This document shows, piece after piece, positions 38,560-48,244 of a DNA stretch of 64,000 bases; positions within the stretch are counted from its first letter, which is position 1; every line of letters begins with the position of its first letter. A program made the position numbers and the translations under genes. The stretch spans positions 16,435 through 80,434 of the forward strand of contig JADBKU010000014.1 in NCBI GenBank assembly GCA_014896235.1, read 5' to 3'. The notes under the pieces were generated by a model, which saw nothing but the letters and a program-made list of their open reading frames with translations, made no database searches and was not told the DNA's origin. This DNA comes from a bacterium (GTDB taxonomy: Bacteria; Desulfobacterota; Binatia; Binatales; Binataceae).

Positions 38560-39388
38560 AAGCGACCTCGGCGGTCATCCCTGGCTTCAATTCTCCGCCG
38601 GGATTCAGTACGCGTACTTTCACGTAAAACGTGCGGATATCCTGCCGGCCGCGCCGCACGTCGGTTTCGGTGGCGAACTGTCCTTCCTGTCCAATCGCCA
38701 TTACGCGCCCGGCATACACGGTCGGCGGACGCGTCGGCAGTTCGACCGTCGCCGGACTGCCGAGTCGAATCCATCCCAGGTCGGTCTCCTGCAAATCCAC
38801 GCGCGCCCAGATGGTCGAAAGGTCGTCGATCGTCAGAATCGGCGTGCCGGGCGTGACCCATTCTCCGACTTCGAGAGCTTTGCTTACCACGATTCCGTTG
38901 ATCGGCGACCGGATAACCGTGTCGGCTAGCTGATCGGTGTAGTATTGGACGCTCGCGCGCCCGGCCGCGACGGCGGCGCGCTTGCGCTCCAGATCGGCCG
39001 CGGCGTCGTCGCGCTCCTTCGCGGAAATCACCTCATGGCGGAACAGTTTGCGATCGCGCTCCATCGTGAGTTCCGCCAGATGCAAATCGGCCTGCGCGCC
39101 GGCCAAATCGCCACGCGCCTTGGCGAGTTGATTGCGAATATCCACATCCTCGATTCGGCAGACAATCTGACCCGCTGTCACTCGATCGCCTTCGAGCAAC
39201 TCGAGCATCGTGATGCGGCCGGCGATGCGGCTGGTAAGGTTGACCTCTGGCGCTTCGATGACGCCAACGGTGTCGATGCGGTCGGGATTTGGCGGCGGCC
39301 ACAGATAGCGTTCGCCCAAGCGATAGAACACGACGATTCCCAGCGCCGCAGCGGCGAGAAAAATCGCGCGCCTGACAACGCGTTTCAT
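38504..39388 (-). CDS. HlyD-family membrane fusion/periplasmic adaptor protein
   Basis: N-terminal TM (AIFLAAAALGIVVFY), lipoyl-like and coiled-coil segments (..VTAGQIVCRIED..AQADLHLAE..), beta-barrel C-terminus. ATG 39388 with a GGAG RBS. Confidence 0.85.
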   Translation of the reverse strand: MKRVVRRAIFLAAAALGIVVFYRLGERYLWPPPNPDRIDTVGVIEAPEVNLTSRIAGRITMLELLEGDRVTAGQIVCRIEDVDIRNQLAKARGDLAGAQADLHLAELTMERDRKLFRHEVISAKERDDAAADLERKRAAVAAGRASVQYYTDQLADTVIRSPINGIVVSKALEVGEWVTPGTPILTIDDLSTIWARVDLQETDLGWIRLGSPATVELPTRPPTVYAGRVMAIGQEGQFATETDVRRGRQDIRTFYVKVRVLNPGGELKPGMTAEVAFVRDDGYQRSGDIRARAD

Positions 39389-39413
39389 CGCTCCGCCGCG
39401 ATCCGCGAAGGCG

Positions 39414-40181
39414 TCACCAAAGGCCGGGCACCGCCGCGTCGGTTGCGCGCATGTACGACGCGTATTCGTCGCCAAACAGCGCCAGCATCTCGGTCTCGTC
39501 TTCGCGGATGCGGCGGCGCAGCACGACGATTCCGGCGATCGCCGTCACGATTCCGGTAATCGGCGCTCCGTATTCGAACGGCCACGCGAACAGCACCAGG
39601 AATTCTCCGGCGTAAATCGGATGACGCAGATAGCGGTAAAAGCCGCTGCGCACGAGTTTGCGCGCCCCGGCTCCGGAAGGCGCCGCCGAAAAAAATCCAA
39701 GCTGGATTCGGGCGCCAAGCGCGAGCCACAAGCCCGTCAATTCGATCAGCAATCCCAGTCCGGCGATCCACCGCGGCGCATCGGTCGCGTAAAGATAGGT
39801 CCGCTCGAACGGCGCGGCGGCGAACAGCAGCAGCACCGGCAATTCGTGCATCACGCGGCTTGCGAAACGGGTCCGATCGACGCCGAGCATCCAGTCTTCG
39901 CGCACCAGCACATCCGCGACACGAAACGCGCCGTACGCCGTCAGGTAAAGCGTGACGTAAGGGTGGCTGGCGAAATAGTCGGTGATTCCCAGACCAAGGG
40001 CGACCGCGCCCACGACAGCCGCAAGGAATATCGCCAATTCCGCGATTCTTACCGACAAATCGCGCGGAACCGGAGCGCTCTGGATTGAGGCGGCCACGCC
40101 GCCCGATACCGCATCGTCATCGGGATTCTTCAGTTCTTCGGTCGGTCGCGCGGAAGAGATGGCGGATTCATCGCTGCCCAT
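39414..40181 (-). CDS. Isoprenylcysteine carboxyl methyltransferase (ICMT/PEMT) family membrane protein
   Basis: C-terminal signature LVRSGFYRYLRHPIYAGEFLVLFAWP...REDETEMLALFGDEYASYM. Confidence 0.75.
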   Translation of the reverse strand: MGSDESAISSARPTEELKNPDDDAVSGGVAASIQSAPVPRDLSVRIAELAIFLAAVVGAVALGLGITDYFASHPYVTLYLTAYGAFRVADVLVREDWMLGVDRTRFASRVMHELPVLLLFAAAPFERTYLYATDAPRWIAGLGLLIELTGLWLALGARIQLGFFSAAPSGAGARKLVRSGFYRYLRHPIYAGEFLVLFAWPFEYGAPITGIVTAIAGIVVLRRRIREDETEMLALFGDEYASYMRATDAAVPGLW

Positions 40182-40234
40182 GAATAAAAATTTTCGCAGG
40201 ATAATCTGCTGGATTCAAAGGTTTGCGGCGCCCG

Positions 40235-41242
40235 CTAGCGAGCCGGCCGATTCTGCGCAGCCTCGGCCAGGCGCTCCAGGCTGGCGCGCGATCCAATCAC
40301 AACCAGCAGATCGCCGCCTTCGATCGCCGTCGAGGCGTCGGGAACTATCGATATCGGATCCGGGCCGCGCTTCAATCCAATCACGCGCAGGCGCGGACTG
40401 GACGTTTCAATCTCGCCGATCGTGCGAGCGACAAGCTGGCTATCTTTGCCGATTGTGACCTCTTCGAGGCTTACGTCCTCGCCCCTGCCGGGCAGCACCA
40501 GCGACAGAAAATCGACCACGGAAGGGCGCGCGATCGCCGCCGCGATCCGATAGGCGCTGTACTGGTACGACGACAACACCCGATCCGCCCCGGCAAGCTC
40601 AAGATGGCGCAACCCGGCGTCGGATTCGGCGCGGGCGTGAATACGAATTTTCGGGTTCATGCTGCGCACGGTGAGGCTGATAAAAACGTTATCCGGGTCG
40701 GAGGCGGTCGCCACCACGATATCGCCCGCCGTGCGTACGCCCGCGTGTTCGAGCAGCTCGGCGTCCAGCGCCGATCCGATCAGGTAATAAAAGTCGGCGC
40801 GGATCAGTTCCGGTTCGAGCGCGGGATTCTGCTCGATCACCACCACGGTGTGCCGGTCGCGCTTGAGTTCCTCGGAAACCACCCGCCCGAAACGCCCGTA
40901 ACCGCATACGATAACGTGGCCTTCCAACTGCTGGATCTTGCGGTTCATCGCGCTTTTCCCCATGAACTCACGGAGCTGTCCGCCAACCACCGCTTCCGTG
41001 ACCGCCGCTAACACGTAATACGCCGTGCCGACGCCCACAAAGATTATCGCCATCGTGAAGACGCGGCCGGCCGTGTCGAGCGGTTTGACCTCTTCGTAGC
41101 CGACAGTCGTGATCGTGATCACGGTCATAAAGAGCGAGTCGATAAAAGACATCCGCTCGATCAGCATGTAGCCGGCGCTGCCGAACAGCGTCAGCGCGAC
41201 GACGATCGCGACGCCGACGGCGACCCTGCGTCCGGGATTCAT
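40235..41242 (-). CDS. RCK/TrkA-domain two-TM potassium-channel-like protein with a non-canonical filter
   Basis: Pore region TITTVGYEEV, TrkA-N Rossmann motif HVIVCGYGRFG, TrkA-C at the C-terminus; 335 aa. Confidence 0.85.
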   Translation of the reverse strand: MNPGRRVAVGVAIVVALTLFGSAGYMLIERMSFIDSLFMTVITITTVGYEEVKPLDTAGRVFTMAIIFVGVGTAYYVLAAVTEAVVGGQLREFMGKSAMNRKIQQLEGHVIVCGYGRFGRVVSEELKRDRHTVVVIEQNPALEPELIRADFYYLIGSALDAELLEHAGVRTAGDIVVATASDPDNVFISLTVRSMNPKIRIHARAESDAGLRHLELAGADRVLSSYQYSAYRIAAAIARPSVVDFLSLVLPGRGEDVSLEEVTIGKDSQLVARTIGEIETSSPRLRVIGLKRGPDPISIVPDASTAIEGGDLLVVIGSRASLERLAEAAQNRPAR

Positions 41243-41260
41243 CGCGGCGTGGCGCGGCCG

Positions 41261-42211
41261 TTACCCGTGCCGCGCCTCAAGCCAGCGCTCGGCGTCGAGC
41301 GCCGCCATGCATCCCGCCCCCGCCGCCGTTATCGCCTGCCGATAGACGCGATCGGCGACGTCGCCCGCGGCGAACACGCCTTCGACATTGGTGCGGGTCG
41401 AGCCCGCCTGGACCTTCAGGTAGCCGATTTCGTCCATCTCGAGTTGGCCCTTGAAAATCGCGGTGTTCGGTTGATGGCCGATCGCCATGAAGACGGCGTC
41501 GGTGCGAAAATCAGTGGTCGCGCCGGTCTTGACGTTGCGTAAACGCACTCCGCTCACGCCGGTTTTCGGTTCGCCGAAAATCTCGTCGACGACCGAATCC
41601 CAAATAAACGCGATTTTCGGATTGCGGCGCGCGCGTTCCGCCATGATTTTGGAGGCGCGCAGCGTGTCGCGGCGATGGACGATCGTCACCTTGCTGCAGA
41701 AGCGCGTCAGGAAAGACGCTTCCTCCATCGCGGTATCGCCGCCGCCCACCACGACCGCCTCCTTGTCTTTGAAAAACGCGCCGTCGCAGGTGGCGCACGC
41801 ACTTACGCCATAGCCCATCAGCCGCTTCTCTGATTCGATATCGAGCAGCTTCGCCGTCGCGCCCGTCGCGATAATTACCGCTTCCGCGCGAACCGCCTGG
41901 CCGTCGAGCGCGAGTTCGAATGGATGCACGCGAAGATTCGCGGCAGTCACTTCGCCACTTATGAAGCGCGTGCCGAAGCGCTCCGCCTGCCGCCGGAATA
42001 TTTCCATCATTTCCGGCCCCTGCACGCCGTGCTCGAAGCCCGGATAATTTTCAACTTCGGTCGTGATTGTAAGCTGGCCGCCGGGCGTCACGCCCTCGAT
42101 CAGCAGCGGCTCGAGATTCGCCCGCGCCGAATAAAGCGCGGCCGTCAATCCGGCCGGACCGGAGCCAAGAATAACCAAGCGATGTGTTTGATTGTTCGAT
42201 AATTCAGCCAT
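41261..42211 (-). CDS. trxB: Thioredoxin-disulfide reductase
   Basis: ILGSGPAGLTAALY, redox-active CATCDG, GGGDTAMEEA, AAGDV. Confidence 0.95.
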   Translation of the reverse strand: MAELSNNQTHRLVILGSGPAGLTAALYSARANLEPLLIEGVTPGGQLTITTEVENYPGFEHGVQGPEMMEIFRRQAERFGTRFISGEVTAANLRVHPFELALDGQAVRAEAVIIATGATAKLLDIESEKRLMGYGVSACATCDGAFFKDKEAVVVGGGDTAMEEASFLTRFCSKVTIVHRRDTLRASKIMAERARRNPKIAFIWDSVVDEIFGEPKTGVSGVRLRNVKTGATTDFRTDAVFMAIGHQPNTAIFKGQLEMDEIGYLKVQAGSTRTNVEGVFAAGDVADRVYRQAITAAGAGCMAALDAERWLEARHG

Positions 42212-42324
42212 GAACCCTTTCGCGGCGCATTCGACGCTGAATCGCGCGCTAGCGCTTGTTTATATTGTACACTGTACCGTTGGCGGCATAACCTGCGAAC
42301 CGCCGGATTTGGACGAAAATCATA

Positions 42325-42870
42325 ATGGCAGCCGCAAAACGCAAAACGAAACCCGCGACCGCAAGCGATTTGACCCATCTGGATCGGCGCGGCCGGGTGC
42401 GGATGGTGGATGTCGGCGCGAAAGCGGCGACGCGGCGCGAAGCGGTCGCGCGCGGCGCGGTGCGGATGGCGCCGGATACGCTCGCCGCGATCATTGGCGG
42501 AACGCTCAAAAAGGGCGAAGCGCTCGCCGCCGCGCGCATCGCCGGAATCATGGCGGCCAAACGCACCCACGAACTTATCCCACTGTGTCATCAACTTCCG
42601 CTGGAATCCGTCGAGGTCGAATTCAAACCCGACCACGGCGGCGCGGCGTTGCTGATTCAGGCGCGCGCCGCGACCACCGCCCGCACCGGCGTCGAAATGG
42701 AAGCGCTTGCGGCGGTCGCGGTCGCCGCGCTCACGATCTACGACATGGCCAAGGCGATCGATCGCGCGATGACGATCGAAGCGGTTCGGCTGGTGCGCAA
42801 GAGCGGCGGGCGCAGCGGCGCTTTCCTTCGCGCCGGCGAGGCGGATTGGGAAAGCGGTCCGCGGGCCTGA
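42325..42870 (+). CDS. moaC: Cyclic pyranopterin monophosphate synthase MoaC
   Basis: [18 protein letters not shown].., [38 protein letters not shown]. Confidence 0.9.
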   Translation: MAAAKRKTKPATASDLTHLDRRGRVRMVDVGAKAATRREAVARGAVRMAPDTLAAIIGGTLKKGEALAAARIAGIMAAKRTHELIPLCHQLPLESVEVEFKPDHGGAALLIQARAATTARTGVEMEALAAVAVAALTIYDMAKAIDRAMTIEAVRLVRKSGGRSGAFLRAGEADWESGPRA

Positions 42871-42875
42871 TTTAG

Positions 42876-44078
42876 ATGATCGCGATCGAAGGGCGCGCCT
42901 TTCTGAAAAAAGGCCGCGACGGTCCCGTGCGCGGCGGAAATCCGTGGATTTTCTCCCAGGCGATCGGACGGGTTGAGCCAGCCGGACTCGCCGCGGGCGC
43001 GTTCGTCGCGATTCATGACGGCGGCGGCGACGCGATCGGCCTCGGCTATTTCAACCCCGCAACCACGATCGCAATCCGCCTGATCGCCTTCGATCCGCGC
43101 GCCCGCGTCGAGACGATTATCGAGGACCGAATCGCGCAAGCGCTTCAGCTGCGGCGGCGAACCGTCGCGGCGGGAACTGATTGCTACCGCCTTTTCAACG
43201 GCGACGGCGACGGGCTCTCCGGCGTCGTGATTGATCGCTACGCCGATTCCGCGGTCGTCCAGTTGCTCACCGCCGGCGCCGACCGGATGCGTTCCGAAAT
43301 CGCCGCCGCGCTCGACAAGCTGATTGCGCCGGCCGCAATCGTCGAACGGAGCGCGGGCGTGGTGCGCAGGCAGGAAGGATTGCCCGACCGCGTCGGCGCA
43401 ATTGCGGGTTCGCCGACGCCGGAAACGATCGTCGTCGAGAACGGCGTCCGCTTCGCCGTCGATTTGATTCACGGACAAAAGACCGGGCATTTTCTCGACC
43501 AACGCCAGAATCGCGCGCTGGCCGCCGGTCTTGCGCGGAATGCGTCGATGCTCGACGCGTATTGCCACAGCGGCGGCTTCGCGCTCGCCGCTGCTATGGC
43601 GGGCGCACGGCGCGTGATCGCGGTCGATTCTTCCGAGCGCGCGCTCGCCGCGGCGCGGCGCAATCGCGAACTCAATGCGCTGCGGCCCGACGCGATCGAT
43701 TTTTTCCGCGCCGACGCGCCGCGCTTTCTTGCCGAACAGGCCAATCGCGCGGACGGCGAGCGCTTTGGCGTGGTCGTGCTCGATCCGCCGCCGCTCGCGC
43801 GCGCCGCCAAAGACGCCGCGCAAGCGGGACGCCTTTATGTCGATTTGAACGCGCTCGCGATGCGTCTGGTCGAGCCGGGCGGTTTCCTGATGACGTTTAG
43901 CTGCTCCGCGCATTTTTGCGGCGAAGAGTTCATCCGCGCGGTCCGCATCGCGCAGGCCAAATCGGGCCGCAAATTCCGCACGCTCGAGCGGCTCGGCCCC
44001 GGCCCCGACCATCCCGTTCTGCTCGGCCATCCCGAGGGCGAATATCTGACCGGGCTCCTGCTCGCGGCCCTCGACTGA
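42876..44078 (+). CDS. rlmI: Class I SAM-dependent rRNA methyltransferase (RlmI/RlmK-like, PUA N-domain)
   Basis: GNPWIFSQAI.., LDAYCHSGGFALAAA.. (SAM motif I), VVLDPPPLAR (motif IV); 400 aa. Confidence 0.8.
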   Translation: MIAIEGRAFLKKGRDGPVRGGNPWIFSQAIGRVEPAGLAAGAFVAIHDGGGDAIGLGYFNPATTIAIRLIAFDPRARVETIIEDRIAQALQLRRRTVAAGTDCYRLFNGDGDGLSGVVIDRYADSAVVQLLTAGADRMRSEIAAALDKLIAPAAIVERSAGVVRRQEGLPDRVGAIAGSPTPETIVVENGVRFAVDLIHGQKTGHFLDQRQNRALAAGLARNASMLDAYCHSGGFALAAAMAGARRVIAVDSSERALAAARRNRELNALRPDAIDFFRADAPRFLAEQANRADGERFGVVVLDPPPLARAAKDAAQAGRLYVDLNALAMRLVEPGGFLMTFSCSAHFCGEEFIRAVRIAQAKSGRKFRTLERLGPGPDHPVLLGHPEGEYLTGLLLAALD

Positions 44079-44142
44079 AACGCGCGCCCTTGCGGCGGCG
44101 CGCGCGCCGCGCAACGATATCCTGTGGCCGCATCATTCGGCC

Positions 44143-44538
44143 ATGGCTCTATCTATGAAACTTCAGCGGCTCGATCACTTCGGCATCGAAGTATGCGATC
44201 TCGCACGCGCGGAACGCTTTTACGTTGACGTGCTCGGCCTTGAAGTCGTGGCGCGTTTCGGCGATCAGGTGCTGCTCAAATGCGGCGACCAGAACCTCGC
44301 CCTGTTCGGCGTGACCCGGCCGCCGATCGATCCCGAACAGCGGCGCGAACGCATCAGCCATCCGCTCGGCAGGGGCCATCACGCGTTTTTGGTCTCGCGC
44401 GACGATCTCGCATCGGCGCGCGAGCGGATCGCGCGAGCCGGATGCGAAAGCGCGGCGCCGATCGACTGGGGCGATCATGACTGCGTTTACTTCCTCGATC
44501 CCGACGGCAACCTGCTCGAAATAGTCAGCTATCGCTGA
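44143..44538 (+). CDS. VOC/glyoxalase-family protein
   Basis: LDHFGIEVCDLARAERFYVDVLGLEV.., HHAF.., YFLDPDGNLLEI. Confidence 0.8.
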   Translation: MALSMKLQRLDHFGIEVCDLARAERFYVDVLGLEVVARFGDQVLLKCGDQNLALFGVTRPPIDPEQRRERISHPLGRGHHAFLVSRDDLASARERIARAGCESAAPIDWGDHDCVYFLDPDGNLLEIVSYR

Positions 44539-44604
44539 TCCGGCGCGGCGGCGTGCGCATCGGTCCCGGTTGTCTTGGCGCGGCCATTCGCCTAAACGAC
44601 TTGG

Positions 44605-45243
44605 ATGCGTTCGTTTCAACCTTACGCGCTTGCCGCCTTCATTTGCGCCGCCGGACTGGCAACCGCCGCCCAATCTCCGGCTCGAGCCGAGATGATGCGC
44701 CTGACAGTCGATCCGCTGACCTCGACCATCACCGCGACCGTGGACAAACCGCTCAGCCGGATGAATGGCAGCGTGGCCGGATCGTTTCGGATAATTTCCG
44801 GAGAAGTCCAAGGCGATCCCGCGAATCCGGGCGCCGGCGCACATGTGGAATTGATAATCGATCCCACTTCGTATTCCTCCGGCCTTGCCCATCGCGACAA
44901 TGCGGTTCTCGCGAAATCTCTGCAGACCGCAATCTATTCAGACATCCGCTTCGTCAGCTCGCGGATCGACGACCTCAAGATCGAAGCTCCGGGCGCGATG
45001 GGCTCCGGCGTGATCGACGGCAATCTGACGATGCATGGCGAGACGCGCGAACTCCGCGTTCCGTTCGAGGCGACGCTTCAACCCGACCATCAGGAATTCT
45101 TCGCCGACGGCACGGTAAAATTCGACTATACGAATTGGGGCGTCGAACCGCCGCGTGTGATGTTCATGGCTGCGTCAAAAGAAGTCACTATCGATTTCCA
45201 CATCGTCGCGCGCCCTGCCGCCGCGCCCACGCCCTCGCCCTGA
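44605..45243 (+). CDS. YceI-like periplasmic protein
   Basis: Signal peptide (AAFICAAGLATAAQSPARA), then a YceI pattern ..SFRIISGEVQGD.., GNLTMHGETRELRVPFEATL. Confidence 0.75.
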   Translation: MRSFQPYALAAFICAAGLATAAQSPARAEMMRLTVDPLTSTITATVDKPLSRMNGSVAGSFRIISGEVQGDPANPGAGAHVELIIDPTSYSSGLAHRDNAVLAKSLQTAIYSDIRFVSSRIDDLKIEAPGAMGSGVIDGNLTMHGETRELRVPFEATLQPDHQEFFADGTVKFDYTNWGVEPPRVMFMAASKEVTIDFHIVARPAAAPTPSP

Positions 45244-45378
45244 TAAAACCGGACCGCGCGCGCAGCCGCGCCCTGATTACGAGCGCACGTTTGTCAATCG
45301 CGCCGGTCGTGAGCTAATCATGCGGCGACGGGCCCGGCGAACGGCCGCATCACGCCGGCGCGCAAGGAGAGAAGCATC

Positions 45379-46443
45379 GTGAAATTCGGCCTCTTTTATC
45401 AATTGCCATGTGCGCCTGACCAATCAGAAGCCGAACGTTACGCCGAAACCGTCGCACAGATCGTGCTTGCCGACGAACTGGGCTTCGACGCCGCGTGGCT
45501 GGCCGAACTGCATTTTTTCCGGCCCTTCTCGATCATGCCGTCGCCGCTCATTTTCGCGACCGCCGCCGCTCAGCGCACCCGCCGCATCCGGCTCGGCACC
45601 GGCGTTTCGCTGCTTCCGTTTCATCATCCGCTGCGGCTTGCGGGCGAAGCCGCTGCGGTCGATATTTTAAGCGGCGGCCGTCTCGACTTCGGCGTCGGCC
45701 GCGGCACGATCGCGGTCCATTTTCAGGGTTTCAACGTCGATCGCGAAGAAAGCCGCGAACGCTTCGAGGAAGCGCTGGACGTGATCGAAAAGGCGTGGAC
45801 GCACGAAACGATCGTCCATCACGGCAAATTTTTCCACGTCCCTGAAACGTCCGTCGTGCCCAAACCGCTCCAGAAACCGCACCCTCCCATCCGCGTCGCC
45901 GCCAACAGTCCTGAAACCGCCGCCTTCGCTGGAGCGCGCGATTACGACGTGATGGTCGCCTCGCCGATCAATCCGATGCCCGGATTTTTCGATCATGTCG
46001 AAAAGTACCGCGACGCGCTCAGGCGTGCGGGCCACGATCCGGCCAGGCGCGACGTGGCCGCCCTGTTCTTCACCGATTGCGCCGCCGATCTCGCCGCGGC
46101 GCGCCGCGAATACGAGCCTTCGATGATGCATTACTTTCAGACCATCGGGCAGCAGGCGTTGCGCGGCGATCGCAGTCAGTACGAAGGCTCTTACGCCTAC
46201 CTGAAACAGGTGCGCGACCGCGCCGCCTCGATGACCTGGGACGCGATCGATCGAACGATGGCGGTGTTCGGCGGTCCCGCCGAATGCATCGACCGGATCG
46301 AGCGGATTTACCGGGGCGCGCGCATCGATCAGCTCGTCTGCTGGTTCAATCCGGGCGGCCGCATCCCGCATCGCGACGTGATGGCCGCGATGGAGCGCTT
46401 CGCCACGAAAGTAATCCCGGCTGTCCGCGGTCTCGGCGCATAA
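45379..46443 (+). CDS. LLM-class (luciferase-like) flavin-dependent oxidoreductase
   Basis: MKFGLFYQLP.., AELHF.., GRLDFGVGRG.., HPPIRVAANSPET... GTG start with an AAGGAGA RBS. Confidence 0.85.
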   Translation: MKFGLFYQLPCAPDQSEAERYAETVAQIVLADELGFDAAWLAELHFFRPFSIMPSPLIFATAAAQRTRRIRLGTGVSLLPFHHPLRLAGEAAAVDILSGGRLDFGVGRGTIAVHFQGFNVDREESRERFEEALDVIEKAWTHETIVHHGKFFHVPETSVVPKPLQKPHPPIRVAANSPETAAFAGARDYDVMVASPINPMPGFFDHVEKYRDALRRAGHDPARRDVAALFFTDCAADLAAARREYEPSMMHYFQTIGQQALRGDRSQYEGSYAYLKQVRDRAASMTWDAIDRTMAVFGGPAECIDRIERIYRGARIDQLVCWFNPGGRIPHRDVMAAMERFATKVIPAVRGLGA

Positions 46444-46958
46444 TTCGCCTCGGTCCGCCAGCCGGCGGCATGGAGATTGCGCGGCGCGGAAGGAGCCAAT
46501 GAAGGTGCGACACTGAAACTCGCCGCACGCCATTCGTCCGCCCGTTTCACCAATCCGATCGTAATCTCCGCATATCCATGCGCAAACCGCGCGTGTGCAA
46601 CGTAGTAGGCGGTGATGATCCGGCCGGTCTCGCGATTATTGGTGACATGCGCAGAGCCCTTCGCGCCGTCGTATTCAATTAACTCGCCCAGTTGCGACCA
46701 GCGCACAAACAGCCCCGACAAATTGATCCTGTTCTACGCCGCCTCCACCAGTTCAGGGCTGCCGCGCGCGATCAATTCCGATTCGCTCCAGTGAGCTACC
46801 ACGGCTCGAATCGTCTGGTCGGCGTATTGACGGCTCTCGCGATTGAGCCTCGGCAAATCAACCGGCTTCGGACGCGTCAGAAACAAGACAAACGCAACGC
46901 CTGTGGCGAAGATAATTCCAAGCGCCACAAAAATTCGCTTGATCATTTTCGCCGCCAT
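46329..46958 (-). pseudogene. Small membrane-anchored protein of unknown function, interrupted by an in-frame TAG (46734-46736)
   Basis: MAAKMIKRIFVALGIIFATGVAFVLFL (TM) ..ADQTIRAVVAHWSESELIARGSPELVEAA*NRINLSGLFVRWSQLGELIEYDG..AEITIGLVKRADEWRAASFSV, all in one frame. The 3' tail overlaps the convergent LLM gene by 115 nt. Confidence 0.5.
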
Positions 46959-47002
46959 CCAGCAAGCCGCTCCACCTGATTCGTTTCCTGAATAGTCGCG
47001 AA

Positions 47003-48244
47003 TCAAAGATTGGCTTTTGGTCCGGTTTGGAGCGGCGGCGCATTCGGACCGACGTAAAATACCTGGTCGGAAAGCGGATCGCCGGCCGCGTCGAAAGTCA
47101 TTCGCTCGAACACGCCGTCATAGCCCAGCGAATCAGTCGCCTCGATCCAGCCGCGATCGCCCAACGTATAGGAAATCAGCCACCATTTTTTGCCGTCATA
47201 GGTTATCCTGACTATTCGATTATTTTTGTCGTAGGCCGCGGAAACCCATTTTTCACCGTCAGGCTTGAAGATTGCCGTAATATCGTTGCGCGCGCCATAG
47301 ACATATCGCGTCACGCCCTGTTCGGAATCGTGGACGGCGGTCAATCGATTCTCCGAATCATAAGAATATGTGATCCAGTGTCCGTAGCTATCAATACCTT
47401 TTGTAATGCGATTCTGGCTGTCGTGCGTGAAGGTCAAGGCGCCGCCGTTGGGAGAAACGATTTTGAGTATATTTCCCTGTGCGTCGCGGTCGATCGTAAG
47501 GCGGTGGCCCGCTTTGTCTTGTATGAACAGAACCGCCGCCTGTCCCGCTGTCTTCGCATATTTCGACGCCGGGAACCGCATTATCGTTCCATCGGACAGC
47601 CGCATGTCCCAAGCCGACCCGTTCCATCGAATCGTAGCCCAGTCGAAGACATGGTTGGAATCGTGAGGTCCCGGATCATGGCGATATACGGCGTCGGAAT
47701 AGCCAATTCCGGATGATATCCGGCGGAAATATACACGCTCCGCATCGGCTTTGATTAACTCAATGTAGGAGAATGGAGCATTGTCGCCAACGAGAAACAT
47801 GTCGTAGTAATTTGTTGCGCCAAGTCCAAAGCATCGCGAGTAGTCGTCTATCTGCAACTGCACACGCGTAAAATTGATTGGAATCACGTCGTTAACGTAA
47901 AAATCCGTCTGGCGGTGCACGAATGCCCCAGTTTCTGGAATGGAAAGCCCGCGAGATACGCGCCCAGCGTTGACATAGAGCGGCATCGGGGCCTTTGCCG
48001 CCCATCCCGTCGGCACGCGGGGGTATGCCCTCAACTGCGCAGGATCGGGCGGTAGCGGAAGCGGCACATAATCCCGGGATTGCTGAAGCATCACGAAAGC
48101 CAACAACACCGCCAACGCCACGGCGACGGGCGCGACCCAGCGGCTGAACTTGCGTGGCTTTAGCGGCGCTTGTTGGGGCGGTGTTTGTGTATCGCGGTCC
48201 GATTCGGCCATGGGCGCGCACCTCCGCATTTGTCCGAGCGGCAA
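47003..48244 (-). CDS. Membrane-anchored YD/Rhs-repeat protein without a recognisable toxin domain
   Basis: N-terminal TM (WVAPVAVALAVLLAFVML), DUF6531-like region (..FVHRQTDFYVNDVIPINFTRV..), then YD repeats (GNILKIVSPNGGALTFTHDSQNRITKGIDSYGHWITYSYDSENRLTAVHDSEQGVTRYVYGARNDIT..). About 42% GC. Confidence 0.8.
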   Translation of the reverse strand: MPLGQMRRCAPMAESDRDTQTPPQQAPLKPRKFSRWVAPVAVALAVLLAFVMLQQSRDYVPLPLPPDPAQLRAYPRVPTGWAAKAPMPLYVNAGRVSRGLSIPETGAFVHRQTDFYVNDVIPINFTRVQLQIDDYSRCFGLGATNYYDMFLVGDNAPFSYIELIKADAERVYFRRISSGIGYSDAVYRHDPGPHDSNHVFDWATIRWNGSAWDMRLSDGTIMRFPASKYAKTAGQAAVLFIQDKAGHRLTIDRDAQGNILKIVSPNGGALTFTHDSQNRITKGIDSYGHWITYSYDSENRLTAVHDSEQGVTRYVYGARNDITAIFKPDGEKWVSAAYDKNNRIVRITYDGKKWWLISYTLGDRGWIEATDSLGYDGVFERMTFDAAGDPLSDQVFYVGPNAPPLQTGPKANL

